Below, piece after piece: positions 1-12,778 of a DNA stretch of 64,000 bases; within the stretch, counting starts at the first letter, position 1; every line of letters starts with the position of its first letter. The translations under genes and the position numbers were made by a program. This DNA is from Fimbriosthenelais zetlandica (Eukaryota). The stretch covers positions 18,228,001 through 18,292,000 of the forward strand of contig OZ365110.1 in NCBI GenBank assembly GCA_977030845.1, written 5' to 3'. The notes under the pieces were generated by a model that was not told where the DNA came from, ran no database searches, and worked only from the letters and a program-made list of their open reading frames with translations.

Positions 1-1600
1 TAATTTAAGTTAGCTTCTATCCTTTGCCTGATTTTATTTTTATTCTTTATACTTTCGGTCCTTCCCCAAAGCGGTGTTTAGGATAGGTAGTAGAAAAAAG
101 CTTTCCATTCGTGGAAACTTGACACACGTGTACCACAATGTCTGTATAAGTGCATAATGCAGAGGGAACTGGCCGATAGGGTGTGTTTATTATTATTACT
201 TGCATTAATATATATATGATAGGAAATGATCAAGGACATGAATGGATAAACATGGCTGTCAATGGCTTCTGTATAGCTAAATCAGACCAAAAAAGATTTG
301 CTACTAAAAAGGAAATATGCAATGTCTTTTGAAGGTTCTTCTAGAGATGAAATGATATAAACCTACACCATAAAAAGTGAGAATGGTTGCATTTAGAATG
401 GAAGTGTAACTAAATGTACGATTTGCTCAAATCTCTCCGCGTTTCTTTGACTGAATTGAATAAACCTTCAAAACTAGTTTGGCATTAGATTACAGTTTCT
501 GTCATACTCATTGTTTGTCCAATTATGTGCATTTTGTATTTTTATATTCTGTATCCATTAATAAATCTAGTGCACATAATGAAACGAATAATATCTTGTG
601 TTTCTTCTGCATCACTAGGTATCGTGTGATAGATCTGCCATTTGACTCATCGGCTCTTTTTCTAACCCTTGACTAAGAACAAACTCACAAGATGAACAAT
701 CTTGGCTTAGAAAATACAAATGTGGAGAAGTAAAATGCCTTGGAAGTTTTTGCTCTTTAATACATCTATACATGAACATAGTCTTGATCAATTTATATCA
801 CTCCTGAATAACACATCCTAAATGGTTTTGGTTCTTGCCTCGGTCTTGCTTTAAGAGGTTTTGAATAATCCACATCTTTCTCATAATGAAGGTACCAGAT
901 CCATACAGTGGTCTTACTCTATATATTATGATTAAACACAGGGAATTTCATACCGTTAACACCGCGAATATGTGCTAAGTAGCTTCGCTATCTGTAGCTA
1001 TTGGTGTCGAACCAGAAATGGTTATAGCTGTATGAAAGCCCTTTAAACTCCCTATCTCTACAGTTGTAATTTTACATGCATCGCAGTTTGAAAATAAACA
1101 TCTTATAAAATGAACTAGGCCATTGGCTATATCTGAGTAATTTTCTTTCGGTCTGTGAGTCTATAATTCTTCATAGTTACTTTAAAATCAATTAATAAAT
1201 AATTGGAGAGTCAGGACTATAAATTAATAGTAATAATGTGAATTTATAAAAGTAGATCTACCTCTGATTCTATTGTAAATATTGAATAAATTAAGTAATT
1301 TTAATTTCACTTTAATTTATAACTTGCATTCAGTACACAACTCAAGTAAAACTGGCATTTTAAAACTAGGGGGGCGACCATTAGAAGAATACTCGAGGGC
1401 CTGGAGTTTTTTTGTTTTTTTTAAAATAAATATATTTTTCATTGTCTTGTACTATCATTAGTCAAGTTTTGGTGATGAATGGAGTAGGGGATCCCCCAAT
1501 ATAGTAATGGGTGCATGGCTGAAGCTTCCTGCTCGTCCAGCACTCGAGCTCGCACCTGCTTCTATAAATAGGTCACCAGTATTGTAATTCGCCACTGTGA

Positions 1601-1640
1601 GATGGCGCCACCTTACTGCTGAGACTATCAACTTCCGGTT
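1601..1640 (+). promoter_or_regulatory. PEX13 proximal promoter (YY1-like and ETS motifs)
   Basis: GATGGCGCC at 1601-1609 and ACTTCCGGT at 1631-1639, 30-70 bp upstream of the PEX13 ATG. Confidence 0.5.
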
Positions 1641-1670
1641 GGACTTTGGTGACTGAGAGATCGTGAAAAG

Positions 1671-4427
1671 ATGGCTGCCCCTCCCAAACCTTGGGAAAGA
1701 GCAGGCATTAACAGCCAAAATTCAATTCCAAACCTCAGTAATCAATTCGCCAGGTAAGTGGCTTTATCCATGATCCCTTCCAGATTGTGTTTTAAGTCAT
1801 TTCATTATGAATGACATTGACTACCATCATTAGACATTACCATTAAGGCCTAGGCCTAGGCTAGGCTGCCTGTACTGTGTAGTGTAGAGTGTAGTGTAGG
1901 CTGTATGGCATGGCTCTGCCATAGCCCTGCCTATGGCCTATATGCTATATGGCATATTTAATGTGTCGGTAGTTGAAAGGGGAAGCATACATCTGATGAT
2001 ATAATATCCATGATACAACAACAATAATTTAATTTTTTATATAGGCCTATTATATGTCTACCGAATATTGTTTTTCCAATTTCTAATATTACTAATTATT
2101 AGGCCTACAATGGTTTAACTTTAATACCGGTACCGGTACTACTAGTACTACTACTAGATCTAGTCTAATAAATAAGGATAATAAATCATGCTTTCAGTAG
2201 AAGGCTTCACTACTGACACTAGGCTTCAGGTTCTTGTCATTGAATTTAAACAATGAACCATCATCACATATAGATTCTTTATATTACGTGTACAGTTACA
2301 AAATATATTTATAACGGTAATCCAGGTCCAGGCCTATATAATTATAATAATATATAGCCATTTTAGTTGAAACATAATTAACAAGTTCCATATTTTACAT
2401 ATACCGGTACCTATAAATCTCCACTTTCGATTTACCTTTCTCTAGCAATGTGACCCCACCATTGAACCAATCAGGAGCATCTCAAGTCCCACCTCCGATT
2501 CCAGCACGGCCATCCCAGCAAAGCTCCTCTATTTACTCTGGTTACGGTGGATATGGAGGCTTCAACAGCTATGGAGGTCCCAGTAGTTATGGGGGCTTTG
2601 GAAGTGGTGGCTTATACAGTCAATATGGAAGTGGACTATATGGAAACAGCATGTATGGAAATAATATGTATGGAGGTATAGGTATGAATAGATTCGGACA
2701 AGACCCTAATAATAGCTTTGTCAGAATGGCTGAGGACAACTCACGACAAGCATTCCAGTCCATTGAGGGGATTGTCCAAGCATTTGGTTCTGTTTCCATG
2801 ATGTTGGAATCGACTTATTCAGCCGTGTACAACTCCTTCAGAGCTGTCATTGGTGTAGCAGATCATTTCAGTCGGATGAAAAACCACTTTGCCCAGATCT
2901 TCTCGGCACTGGCTGTACTGAAAACACTCAAGTGGTTGATGAGGAAGATTTTGGTTTTAATGAGGCTGAGGGAAGCATTGCCTGATGATGAGATGTGGAT
3001 GCAGGCTGCAGCAGCTGGGATGGACGCCTCTGATAAACTACCGGGCAGTAAGAAGTCATCCACATCCTGGCCTATCCTCCTCTTCTTTGCTGTCATTGTG
3101 GGGGGTCCATGGCTCATCTGGAGGTTCCTCTCTTCACTGACATCCCAGAGTAAGATATGAATTCACTTGTACTCATACAAACAGCCCAGAAATTTTGTTG
3201 GTGCAATACAATAATTAAATGCTTGACATAGTCGTATGCTATTTCACTTTCCATGACAGTGTTCCAGAATTCATCTGGAAAGTCGAGACATAATATGTTA
3301 AATAATTTCTGACAGAATATGATAAGAAAATCAATATGAATTTCTTCTAAAAGGAGAATGACACCCAATGATTTCAATGTTCGGATGAATAAATTTTTCA
3401 TCATGTTAATTTCCTTCTTTTTTACAGATGGAAGTAACTGGGCTACAGGGGAGGACGACCATTTCGTGGCACTTGCTGAATACAACTTCGAGGGAGAAAA
3501 TGACGACGAACTCGCATTTAAAAGGGGACAGCGAATCTTCATAGCTCCAAAAGGTACACCCTCTTCACTCATAAACACTCTAAGAATTCACTTGTGCATT
3601 ATTCTATTATATATTACAATTATTGTATATTATATATTACAATCACTATTTCATTCTAACCATTCGCCACCTGAACTATAATTCTGAATTTACAATTAAG
3701 CCTAGAAGAAAAAATGCATTTCATATCCCTAAAAAAGTTAGGGATCATCCCCGGCCCCACCCACCTTTGTCGCGCTTGCCTCCATATTTTTTTTTTTTTT
3801 TTAAGTTGGGGAAAACCATTATGGTCTGGCCCTTTTTCGTAGGTAGGGTCGGGTCCCCAAAACACAATTTTTATTGTAGGCCTTGGCATTTCTAAATGAA
3901 CACATACACTATAATGTATTAATTTATTTCGAAATATGATAACGTGTTTGCAAGTTCTCAAAACAAGACTAGCATTTTTAAATTGACACACAAAATGATA
4001 CATGCTCTTATTTATAGAACTCCAACCCAGGATGCGAGGATGGTTATTGGGTGCCGTGGACGGGAAACCGGGCATCTTCCCAGCAAGCTATGTTAAGATT
4101 CTTGGCAAGAGGCGAGGCACCAAACACACAGAAATCCCACAGCAATACACGGGGCCAGCCCCTCTCCCTTCTCAAGATACAGAACTTAGTAGACCTTCCC
4201 AACCGCTTGGCAATGTATCAAACCCTTCCACGGGTGAAACGAACAGTAATATTTATGGTCGGGATGCTACACACGATTTCGTTTTCGAATCTGCTTTAAA
4301 TGGTGTCGATTCACATGCCAGCTTGGATATGAATAATCAGCAGGCCCCTCGGTCAGGCTTTTCTGCACACCAAAATGTTAATGACAAACAAGCAGTAGAT
4401 ATTCTTGAGAACACGGATAAATCTTGA
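1671..4427 (+). CDS. PEX13: Peroxisomal membrane protein PEX13, 4 exons, ~440 aa
   Basis: Exons 1671-1753, 2446-3149, 3428-3553, 4018-4427 join in frame. N-terminal MAAPPKPWE, G/Y-rich region, AEDNSRQAFQSIEGIVQAFGSVSMML...VYNSFRAV peroxin-13 domain, TM segment and SH3 domain (ALAEYNFEGENDDELAF...GWLLG...GIFPASYV). Confidence 0.97.
3696..3886. mobile_element. Short non-autonomous DNA element (MITE-like) in PEX13 intron 3
   Basis: Imperfect terminal inverted repeats (AAGCCTAGAAGAAAAAATG vs reverse complement AGGCCTACAATAAAAATTG), with internal GGTAGGGTCGGG and poly-T. A similar end (GGGCCTAACAAAATAAA...GTCGGTCG...GGGTCGG) occurs at ~22057-22170. Confidence 0.4.
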
Positions 4428-4687
4428 TTAGTATTAAGTATAATATATGAAATAGGACTGTGATTCGGGTGCTTCCATGGCCATTTTTTTAAAGGAGAAG
4501 TTCGAGGTAGTTTCTCAACTGTGTCCTTTAATTATCCGCAACATTTTATGATGTCTATAGATACTAGTTTCCAATAAATCAGGACTTTGACTTAACATAC
4601 TCTGGTAAATTTCGTAATGAGGACGAATACGACTTATTCATTCTTGGAGCGCTTTATTTTTTACATTGAATATAATCGCAGACCGCC

Positions 4688-6407
4688 TTACAAAGAGTAT
4701 TCGGGGAACTCGAAGTTAACATCCTTCCCTGTCAACTTCTTGTACACCGCTGAGAAGGTCTCGATCTGAAATTAATTGAAGGCAACCATCAAAATTAATG
4801 TTAGTGAAAACAAGTGAATCGGTAACATAAAATAACACCGAATTAATAGTTATTGGTACGGCGGAGTCACGTTGCAATTTCTTTTGAATAGATTTTCGCT
4901 TTTGAATATTGCAATGCATGGACCAGTTACAAGAAGGGCAACAGATACAAATTCTACATTGACTGTATTTGTCCTCTAAAATCCTCGATGAATTATTCGA
5001 AAGACAGGATATAGATTTTGGTATAATTTTCCCAGGATAATGTCTATTCCGAAATATACTAAACTTAAAGTTCATTACAAGACGACAAAATAGTGGTTAA
5101 ACATACCTTGTGTTCTACAGTTGTCTGTTGGTTTTTGTCCAAGTGTACCTTTATCAGCCTAGAGGAATCCAACTTAATGCGGATACGCTTTCCAACAATC
5201 TCAGCAGGGAAACAGAGATCGTCCAAAATAGCATCATGTACAGCTGTTAGGGTACGGCTGCAAAGTAAATAAAGTAAAACACATTTCTATCAGGGATTCG
5301 TATCACATGCGTATGTGAATCTCGTAGTGGATAGAAATTGACCAATGAAGAAAGTCCGCCATGACAAGTGTTCAAAATCATTTCCACTCACCTCCTTGGT
5401 CTCTTCTGTTTGCTCTTCCTACGGGTCTTGCGTGTAGGTTTGGGCAAGATCCTTCTCTGTTTAAAGAAAGGAATAATACATATGTAATTATTATTCCATT
5501 GTTCATATATCACCAAAATTAAACAACCCTCTAAGGCGAATAATTGAAGCAAGTTAAGATAATATACCTCCTCTCCCCTCAAAGACTGATTATATCGATT
5601 TAAATAGTAAACCAAATAATAACAGGTTGAACATTTAGTAAAGTTTTAATCGCATCATAACGCCAATAATTATAGGAGATACTGGTGATATGCACTGTAA
5701 GCAAAGTATTCTCACGGATAATAAGGTATCAACATAATTGTTTACTAACCTGGGCAATGAAGACGACATGCTTGCCACTGAATTTCTTCTCCAATTCACG
5801 AACTAGCCGGGTTTGGATCTTCTGGTAGGCCCTCAACTGTGGAACTGGCACAAAGATGATGATGGCCTTCTTACCGGCAACATCGATTTCCTATACAGAG
5901 AAATATAAGCACCAGACATGAGAATATCGAATTATGAAACCACGAGTTAAGACTTAAGTGTTGTTTTATAATTATTATAATGCATACAAATATAATCAGA
6001 ATTATATATTTCATTTAATCAATGCAAATTCAATCCATGAATTTATCTACTGCCAGTACTGGTATCTATTACGAGAGGAGTGAAATTTCAAAATGACATC
6101 CAAATCGTAAAAACCATATGTCAGAATCGGAGGATTTACCTTAGCTGCAGTGATGAACAACTCCCTCAGTGGTGCCTTCAAGTCGCTGTTCATCTCTAGC
6201 TCAAGAAGAGCCTGAAATGGAAATATCAAATAGATACATGAATGGCCCCTTTATTTCTAAAATTCAGACTAGATCTATACCGGTACCATACCCGGCCGTA
6301 TATTTCAGAGAAAAGTTAAAGATCAATCATACCTGTGAGATGGTTGACTCGAAGGCGTCGGGTTTTTCGCCATTCGGCTTGATAATTTTAGCGCTCGCCG
6401 AAAACAT
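4688..6407 (-). CDS. RPS7: 40S ribosomal protein S7 (eS7), 6 coding exons, 193 aa
   Basis: Exons 6407-6333, 6211-6140, 5890-5750, 5456-5392, 5257-5107, 4765-4688 give [37 protein letters not shown]...[10 protein letters not shown]...[26 protein letters not shown]...[19 protein letters not shown]. Confidence 0.99.
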
Positions 6408-6945
6408 CTGCAAAAAGAAAAGGTATACACATGAAGCACAGATGAAGGAAAGTTCAGGATTGAGAGCGAGCCCCTATTCAATGTAATCTCTGATACCGAT
6501 GATCTGTCGGCATTCTCAGCGTGTACACATGTATCGCCATCATCGGCTTGACGGTGACAGAATTTTCAAAACAAACAAGAAAATATCATTATTTCCAGCT
6601 CCTTTACAGAATATTTTGTATACAAGTACCTAATAATGGTCTTATATTATATAGAAAGTATTCGCGTATAAATTAAAGCATATCATTACAGTAGAACAAG
6701 AAATAAACAATCAACTAAAATTGACAGATCCACTGAAATAGCCCGACGATGTACAAACTCGCACTAGAATTGCTGTAAATAATCCGTCAATATCAGCATT
6801 AATACTGAACATCGGGTTCCCAATCTAGATTTAATACATAGATGAGGGTCTTGCCGTTTCTAAAAGGTCCCTATGTCAGAGTTATTGAAAATACTAAGTG
6901 TCCAAGGGTCATTTATACGAATGGATGTTGAAAATAAAAGCATAC

Positions 6946-7014
6946 CTTCGGTAATGGCGGCGGTAGGGAAAAGGCAGAACTCACGTTGGTAAACCGGAAG
7001 TGCGCCAGATGGCG
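6946..7014 (-). promoter_or_regulatory. RPS7 non-coding first exon with 5'TOP-like pyrimidine tract, plus ETS and YY1 motifs; shared divergent promoter with RNase H1-A
   Basis: Minus strand CTGCCTTTTCCCTACC...GAAG|gtatg (exon ~6977-6946). CCGGAAGT at 6994-7001 and AGATGGCG at 7007-7014, both typical of ribosomal protein promoters. Confidence 0.7.
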
Positions 7015-7186
7015 TAAAATATCTGTTACTATACATACCAATTAATAAAATAATTCAATTAATTTACAATAGTAATATATTGCTACATTGGCTAAATGTT
7101 TATTAAGAAGAATTATATCAAGGAATTTAAAAAGACTCAGAATCTTTCGTTTACGACATTCTGCTTTATGGCATCAGTCCCGCCAG

Positions 7187-10100
7187 ATGAACTTCCCCAC
7201 GCTGCTACCTATCTGCATTTCTCGCCTCTTCACCGCAAGATTTCCCAATTTCCTCACTTTTATCAACAACTTGACACCCAACATGTCTTACTACGCAGTC
7301 CGAAGTGGTCGCAACAAAGGGGTCTACAGCTCATGGTGAGACATTTTCCCTTTCTTATCAAAATTTGGTCATGAATTTCGGACCGAGTCGGAGTTCGACC
7401 CGGAGGGCCGCTCAACCTGCTTGCACTACCGGGATTTCCTTGAGTTCGTCCCCCACAGCGCGACGGGAGAAAGGCCATATGTTCCCTATTTAAGTGTTCG
7501 GTGAAAATCGCTGTAGAATCTAGTCTATCAATTCTATTAATTTCTGTCTATACATCCACAACCTACATATTGTTGAGTAGACCTTGGCGTAGGATATTTA
7601 CCATTCTAACATTGTTGTGAGTCCGAGAGAAAAATGCGATATTACGCGGTATATTATAAAAGGGCCGCCGGATAACAAATTCCATGTGGAAGACACTACA
7701 TGATCCTACATGTACTTATGTAGACATCCCCATATATGTCTATGTCTATGATACACCGGATACAAAGAATCATTTAACCCTTCTATTACCAGGGATTCCT
7801 TTTTAATACATATATTTTCATATTTAGGTCTGAATGCGAACAGAATGTTAAAGGTTATAGTGGAGCCAGTTACAAGAAATTCAGCAGTGCAGAAGCGGCA
7901 AGCGATTTTGTAGGAGGTAAGAATTACTGTACAATTCTTTCGATCTAATTACCGTACCGGTATTTCATATTAGGATGTAGGCCTACCTTGTAAACCTAAC
8001 TTATAAGTAGTTTTTGAGACAAAAGATTACTGGTACTGTTAATTACAAAATATGTAGGCCGATACCCAATGAGTCTAATCACTTGGGAATTCGATCAATT
8101 ATAATGTCTTGCAACTGTCCCTTGCGACGAAATGTAGGCCGATACGAAGTGCGTTTACTATCATGCCCCTCACTACCTATATCACTGGAGGGTGGAAAAT
8201 AGTGTTTTTTCGATTCCGCTAAGTATGACGCTCGATTGCATTGACCAAAGGAAAAGGAAAGCAAACTAGGTGAGTTACTTAATTTATATCTTTTATGAAT
8301 TTCTCCTTTCTCAGTATTTTGTTCCTAAAATCTCTTGCGATATAAAGACAACACATATTTCTATTTTGAAGGAGAGACCTATTTCGCGTTATTTTTGGAG
8401 TGAAAGGAAACCGTGTAAACAGGATGCCTATAAATGGTAAGATGAATGGTAAATGGAATAACAACTTGCGTACATATTGGGATGTCTTCAATTTCTGGGT
8501 GTAATATATATCTTTCTAACTCTGGCATGGAGTAAATCTACTCTTCATTCATTTTATATAATTGGTTGGAGTACTTGACAGCCATTACCAATTGGGACTA
8601 TTGCTTGGGTGTACATTTATGCGCGGTATGTAAAATTAGAATAGTGTGTTGCAACCCCTTTCTGAAAGCAACTACGTACATTTCCAGTACCGGTACTTCC
8701 ACCACATCTTTTAATAGACATCTTGATTGTATTGGACCTATCAACTAATCCTCTACAATAATTACATTACTATTTTTGTCCCTGAATTGATTATTAACTG
8801 GTTCAAGCCTCTCTTTGCCTTGGACGCGTGATTCTGGAGAAAGCTCACTTGTCTTCTCGGCTTGCAGTGAGCAGTGGCATTCCCGCATATCTCCTGATAG
8901 TGATATTTTACTGTTAGAACATGGAACTCATTATCAAAGGACGAAATGTGGATAATATCTCTCCCCTTGAGAATTGGATCAGCTATTCTAAGAGTCATGA
9001 GTTGCTACCAACATATTATGAAGAGAAGTTGCCTGTGAGAAGCAGCTCTCCAGAGGAGGCCATGTTTTTGAGGAAGTTTGATAGTGGTTACAAGTATCAG
9101 TCAGGGGATGGTGATATTGGCCGGCTGTTTGAAGCGGCTACCAACCTCACCTCGGGACGTTGTAGCCCTGTTCAGGCTTTTGAAGACAATAAAAGCCCTT
9201 CATCCCTAGGTTAGAAAAGATCTCAAGGGATTAAGATTAAACTTTCAACTTATTTTAATTTTATTCAACTAGTTCTGGTGAATTCCTTTTCACATTTGTA
9301 TCTCTTTCAGAGCCTGCTTCGCCGTATCTTGAACCTATCAAAGGCGATGGGGCTCATCCGGACAAATTTAAAGTCTACTGGGATTCGAACAAGCCGTTGT
9401 AAGTACTGTCATATGAAAGTGTAAACTATTTAACTCAAGCAGTTGATGGACTTTCATAGTAGTTTTGAATTATATTCCGATTTCTTTTGTGTTTAAAGAT
9501 TGTATCATTTCTATTGCAGTGTCGCTCCAGATGAAATTTTCTCCACTTTTGGTACTTCTGGGAATATCCATAATGAAAATATGGTGAGTCTTTGATCTTT
9601 TACCATATTACCATAATGCATCTGTTGATATTCAGGTAGATGAAGTATCACAATGTATATACCGGTATATTGAGTTAATAATTTTCCTTTCAGTCATCTG
9701 ACAGTGACATGGCTGTGCGTGAAGCTTTGGCTGCAGCCTATTCGGACTACATATTGAATCAGGATAAAGGTGAGGCGTCTAATTGTAATAACGTGTTTTC
9801 CTGATGTAACAAATTTCATAAAAATGTAAATAAGGGCCGCAGCTAAATCCATTTTCTATTATTCAACCACTTCTAGATTTGGAACTGCACTTGCAGTCTT
9901 GGAATGCTATTCCGGAAAATCGCATGTTAAACCGACAGCCATACAGTGTCTCCTCTGGATAGGAATTGATTCAAAATCTTCATGCTCCCTTCCTTGAGGT
10001 AAGTTACCAACTAGCTTATCTAGAATGGATTGGTTATCATCAATATATTAATTTCACACACTAACTGGAATTAATTTATAGAATAGAATATAGATCTAAG

Positions 10101-12778
10101 CTTGATGAGACATTTCAATATTTGTTGCTTTCAGGGTCAATTGTGCAACGCTGGCAAAGGAAGGATCTCAGTCTCAGACAATCGTAGTCAATTAAGGCAA
10201 CGCAAAGATGTTCACTATCGCCATGATTTCAGAAATAAATAGATAATTTATTTGAAGGCAGGGTAACTGTCTTGTCAGTGTTTTTTTTTTAAAGAGTCGG
10301 GACAGGTCGTGGCTCCTGGGTCAGTTTATACAGTACCAGCTGAAATTATGAAACGCCTTTTCAAGAAAAGAATGCATTTCCTAATGTTGGTATTCATAAA
10401 ATCGATTTACGGGTTAGCTACACTTAGTTAATCTGTAAAGCGGGGAAATGTGTGCAATGAAGTAAGGATAAGTCGGGCTGAGTTTGAATCACTAGGATCT
10501 TAGAACAACAGTCAGACTGGTAAGTGTTACATCCAAGTGTCCTTTTGTGGTGGTTTTGCTTTCTTTTGTAAGGCCTCCTGACACTCCTATACACTTGCTT
10601 TAGATCCTTGGTGAATGTTTTCTTTGGTGTTTCTTTAATCTGTCTACACTTAGGTAATTCTTTGATCGGGATAGTTCGACATCACAAATATGTGACCTGT
10701 ATGGTGTCTCGATCAAAAATATACGTTACCTGGCTTTATCCTTTATTAGTCTTTACAGTAGATTAATGTGTTTGTTGTTGCGCTGAAATAGTTGTGCTTT
10801 GATATGTTTACCAGCATTTTCGTGACCCTCGAGTTTGGTGCCTTTCCTTTGATTGAAGATTGGAATTAAATTCCTTTTCAGTCAGCAATTTTGTTTCTCA
10901 CAATTTAAAATGCTTGTTTCATGCTTGGGTATTAATTTCCATTACGTTGTTTAATATTTCTAGTATGCTCTGCCCGTTTGTACATGTATCTGTCCTCCTG
11001 CCTTGCTAATTCCTGACCCTAGAATAAAATTAGGTCGAATTTATAAGTAATAAATAAAGCATCAAAAAATTATAAGAACATTCTTGGGAAATTTTATTGG
11101 AAGTTTATTTTATTTTATTCGTCATGTTTTGTCAATATTTGTCTGATCTTTGGTTTATTAAACTTCAGATGGTGGCAGTTCTAGCAGAGGTTATGGTTAT
11201 GGTGGTGGCAGTTCTAGCAGAGGTTATGGTTATGACGGTGGATCCTATAGATCGGCTGATGTCTACACTGATGGAGCCTGCTATGACAATGGGAGAAGTG
11301 GTGCCCGTGCTGGTGTTGGCGTCTACTGGGGAGATGGAGATCGCATGTAAGACTATTTTTGCATGCTTTTAAATTAATAGCTATTCTTTTTTCGTTATTA
11401 GTGACAAATGTATCACAAATTGAGGGGGACTTTAGATTGTAATATAAATAGCGGTTCTTCTATTACTAGGAACGTCTCGTCGAGGCACCACGGCAGGCAA
11501 ACTAACAATAGTGCCGAGATCACGGTAAGATTAATTCTAACACAGGTTTGATGATATAGATTTTTGAGATTATGCTCCATTTTATACCTATATTGTGGGG
11601 GATTTCTATCTAGTTTAATTTGAATAGATTAGTTAATGGTAATTTTAATTCTGACAAGCTATATTAAACAGGGTTGATTATATACATTTGAGATTATGCA
11701 CCATTTTATATATTGTGGGTATTTCTATCTAGTCTAATTGGAAGAAGAAACTAAAGATGAACATATTTTACTTTAGGCTGCTTCCGAAGCCATACGCCAG
11801 GCAGACCGAAGAGGACTCGATCACGTCACCGTCAACACTGACAGCGAGTTCACCATAAAAGGTGTCTCTTATGTTATCTCTCATACCGATATTAATTTCC
11901 ATAAGTATAACATGGGTTCCAGGTATCCTGGAAGATGGGAATATTAGTTCCAGTACGTACTGGTTTTGCCCTAGTTTCCAGCGCTCTGACGTCGCACATT
12001 TAAAATGGCAGACGAAAGTCAAAACTTGGCCCCGACTGTTTTTCGGTAGTCTATCAATCTATTTTTTCCTTACAATTTGGTAAGGATAGCATAAATATAG
12101 AAATTCACCTCAAAGTTGTATTGGTGGTAGGATGCCCCTCGAGTGAATGGAAGGGGAAACCCGCGGGCTAAAACCCTTGAGTTTTCCCTACCATTCACTA
12201 TCAGGGATGGCAGCACATACCGGCCACTAATACGACTTCTAAGTTCGATGGATTTCCTGACAAAATTGATATATTATAAAACTCATGGTTTCCCTAATCC
12301 CCTAATCTATTAATGCTGCTTGTAGTATCTTCTTGGCATTTATACAATTATAGTCATTTTATGATAACGATCCGTTCATTATAGGCCTTTGCCTCGATAT
12401 GTAAAATGTTGGTATATTTTATCTTGAAGGTGCTACCCAATGGATGGATGGCTGGAAGAGTAATGGGTGGAGGACAGCAAGCGGAGGCGAGGTAAAGAAC
12501 AGGGCTGACTTCGAGGAGCTTGACAGAGCCATAAACGAAAGTGACGTGCGAGTGAGCTGGGTAAGTTCATGTCGGCATCCTTGGCTGGATTGTACATTTA
12601 TACAGGAAGCTAATAGTATTGATGTAGGCTAATTCATCGACCGGGTTTTGACGAGACAACGAATTTTGTTAAACGATCTCTTCCCTTCTTGCAGAGGCAT
12701 GTACCCGGTCACTCTGGACATCATGGCAATGAGATGGCTGATCGTCTGGCCAACGAGGGCGCCTCCAAATACTACTAG
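7187..12778 (+). CDS. RNASEH1: Ribonuclease H1 copy A (putative mitochondrial presequence + hybrid-binding domain + catalytic domain), 7 exons, ~256 aa
   Basis: Exons 7187-7335, 7828-7916, 11169-11346, 11470-11524, 11777-11861, 12430-12560, 12695-12778 are in frame. HBD: MSYYAVRSGRNKGVYSSWSECEQNVKGYSGASYKKF. Catalytic motifs: VYTDGAC, QTNNSAEI, NTDSEF, W..NGW, HVPGHSG..GNEMADRLA (D-E-D-D intact). The exon 2 to exon 3 junction is inferred from phase compatibility. Confidence 0.88.
8921..9962 (+). CDS. Unidentified 200-aa protein, 5 coding exons, nested in intron 2 of RNase H1-A
   Basis: Exons 8921-9209, 9311-9398, 9520-9583, 9694-9769, 9877-9962 have canonical splice sites and matching phases (603 nt incl. 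TAG). Likely non-coding leader exon ending 8269 (donor gtgagt), 3'UTR intron 9999-10134, and AATAAA at 10234. No recognisable domain. Confidence 0.7.

Noticed and set aside
60-830. Possible exons of an upstream gene or decayed element (e.g. GNDQGHEWINMAVNGFC, KYKCGEVKC)
   Set aside because: Candidate exons have incompatible phases and in-frame stops, and no family is recognisable.
3114-3578. Antisense ORFs over PEX13 (also over RRM2, RAD23, neurensin and the SAMD3-like exons)
   Set aside because: Shadow ORFs of real coding exons on the opposite strand.
7365-7460. B-box-like GAGTTCGACCC motifs suggesting a tRNA (also GGTTCAATTCCC on the minus strand at ~31418)
   Set aside because: No A box or cloverleaf can be formed.
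11097-11372. 91-aa ORF with MVAVLAEVMV repeats
   Set aside because: It is the alternative frame of the RNase H1-A catalytic exon.
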